From Candidatus Eiseniibacteriota bacterium (lineage in GTDB: Bacteria; Eisenbacteria; RBG-16-71-46), in the NCBI GenBank assembly GCA_963717505.1, contig OY970342.1:352001-416000 (forward strand): 64,000 nucleotides of DNA. Direction: 5' to 3'. Position numbers and translations under genes: made by a program. Below, one piece after another: positions 63,900 to 64,000 of the stretch. The notes beneath the pieces are model-generated. The model saw nothing but the letters and a program-made list of their open reading frames with translations, ran no database searches and was not told the origin of the DNA. Within the stretch, counting starts at the first letter, position 1. The number at the start of each line of letters is the position of its first letter.

Positions 63900-64000
63900 T
63901 CAGTGTCCGGTCTCGGTGATGGCCGCTTGCGTGTCGATCGCGATCCCCGGGCCCATGGTCGAGCTGATGGTCAGGGTCTTCAGATAGGTGCCCTTGGCCG
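63900..64000 (-). CDS. rplA: 50S ribosomal protein L1, 3' end (partial, runs off the window)
   Basis: Manual translation ...AKGTYLKTLTISSTMGPGIAID...* contains the conserved KG.Y/STMGPG motif. Confidence 0.93.
   Translation of the reverse strand, partial: AKGTYLKTLTISSTMGPGIAIDTQAAITETGH

Overview
High-GC (roughly 70% by eye) bacterial chromosome segment from a diderm organism. Three secreted proteins carry a T9SS-type-A/FlgD-Ig-like C-terminal domain, which suggests an FCB-associated candidate lineage such as Ca. Eisenbacteria (inference only). The right half (32.3-64 kb, minus strand) is the core transcription/translation superoperon: rplA(partial)-rplJ-rplL-rpoB-rpoC-rpsL-rpsG-fusA-tuf, then the S10, spc and alpha clusters, then typA. 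The left half is mixed accessory content: an NHL-repeat protein, ettA, ispG, peptidases, methyltransferases, a glycosylation module, a CPA2 antiporter, tRNA-Asn and a phosphorelay behind a sigma28-type promoter. The most interesting locus is 5.1-7.9 kb. It holds (i) a MerB-like lyase whose second catalytic Cys codon is an in-frame TGA followed by a bacterial SECIS-like hairpin, i.e. a probable selenoprotein that ORF callers split in two, within a HAD-MerB(Sec)-GNAT operon. Divergent from it is (ii) a Cys-rich leader ending in a RAPP ribosome-arrest motif, whose codons base-pair with the Shine-Dalgarno of an uncalled 48-aa secreted Cys-rich microprotein. Other notable items: an L,D-transpeptidase/MurC-like fusion, a palindromic MITE-like insert in the S10 operon, RpoB H526N, a G-ending codon tract in tuf, and a probably leaderless ispG.
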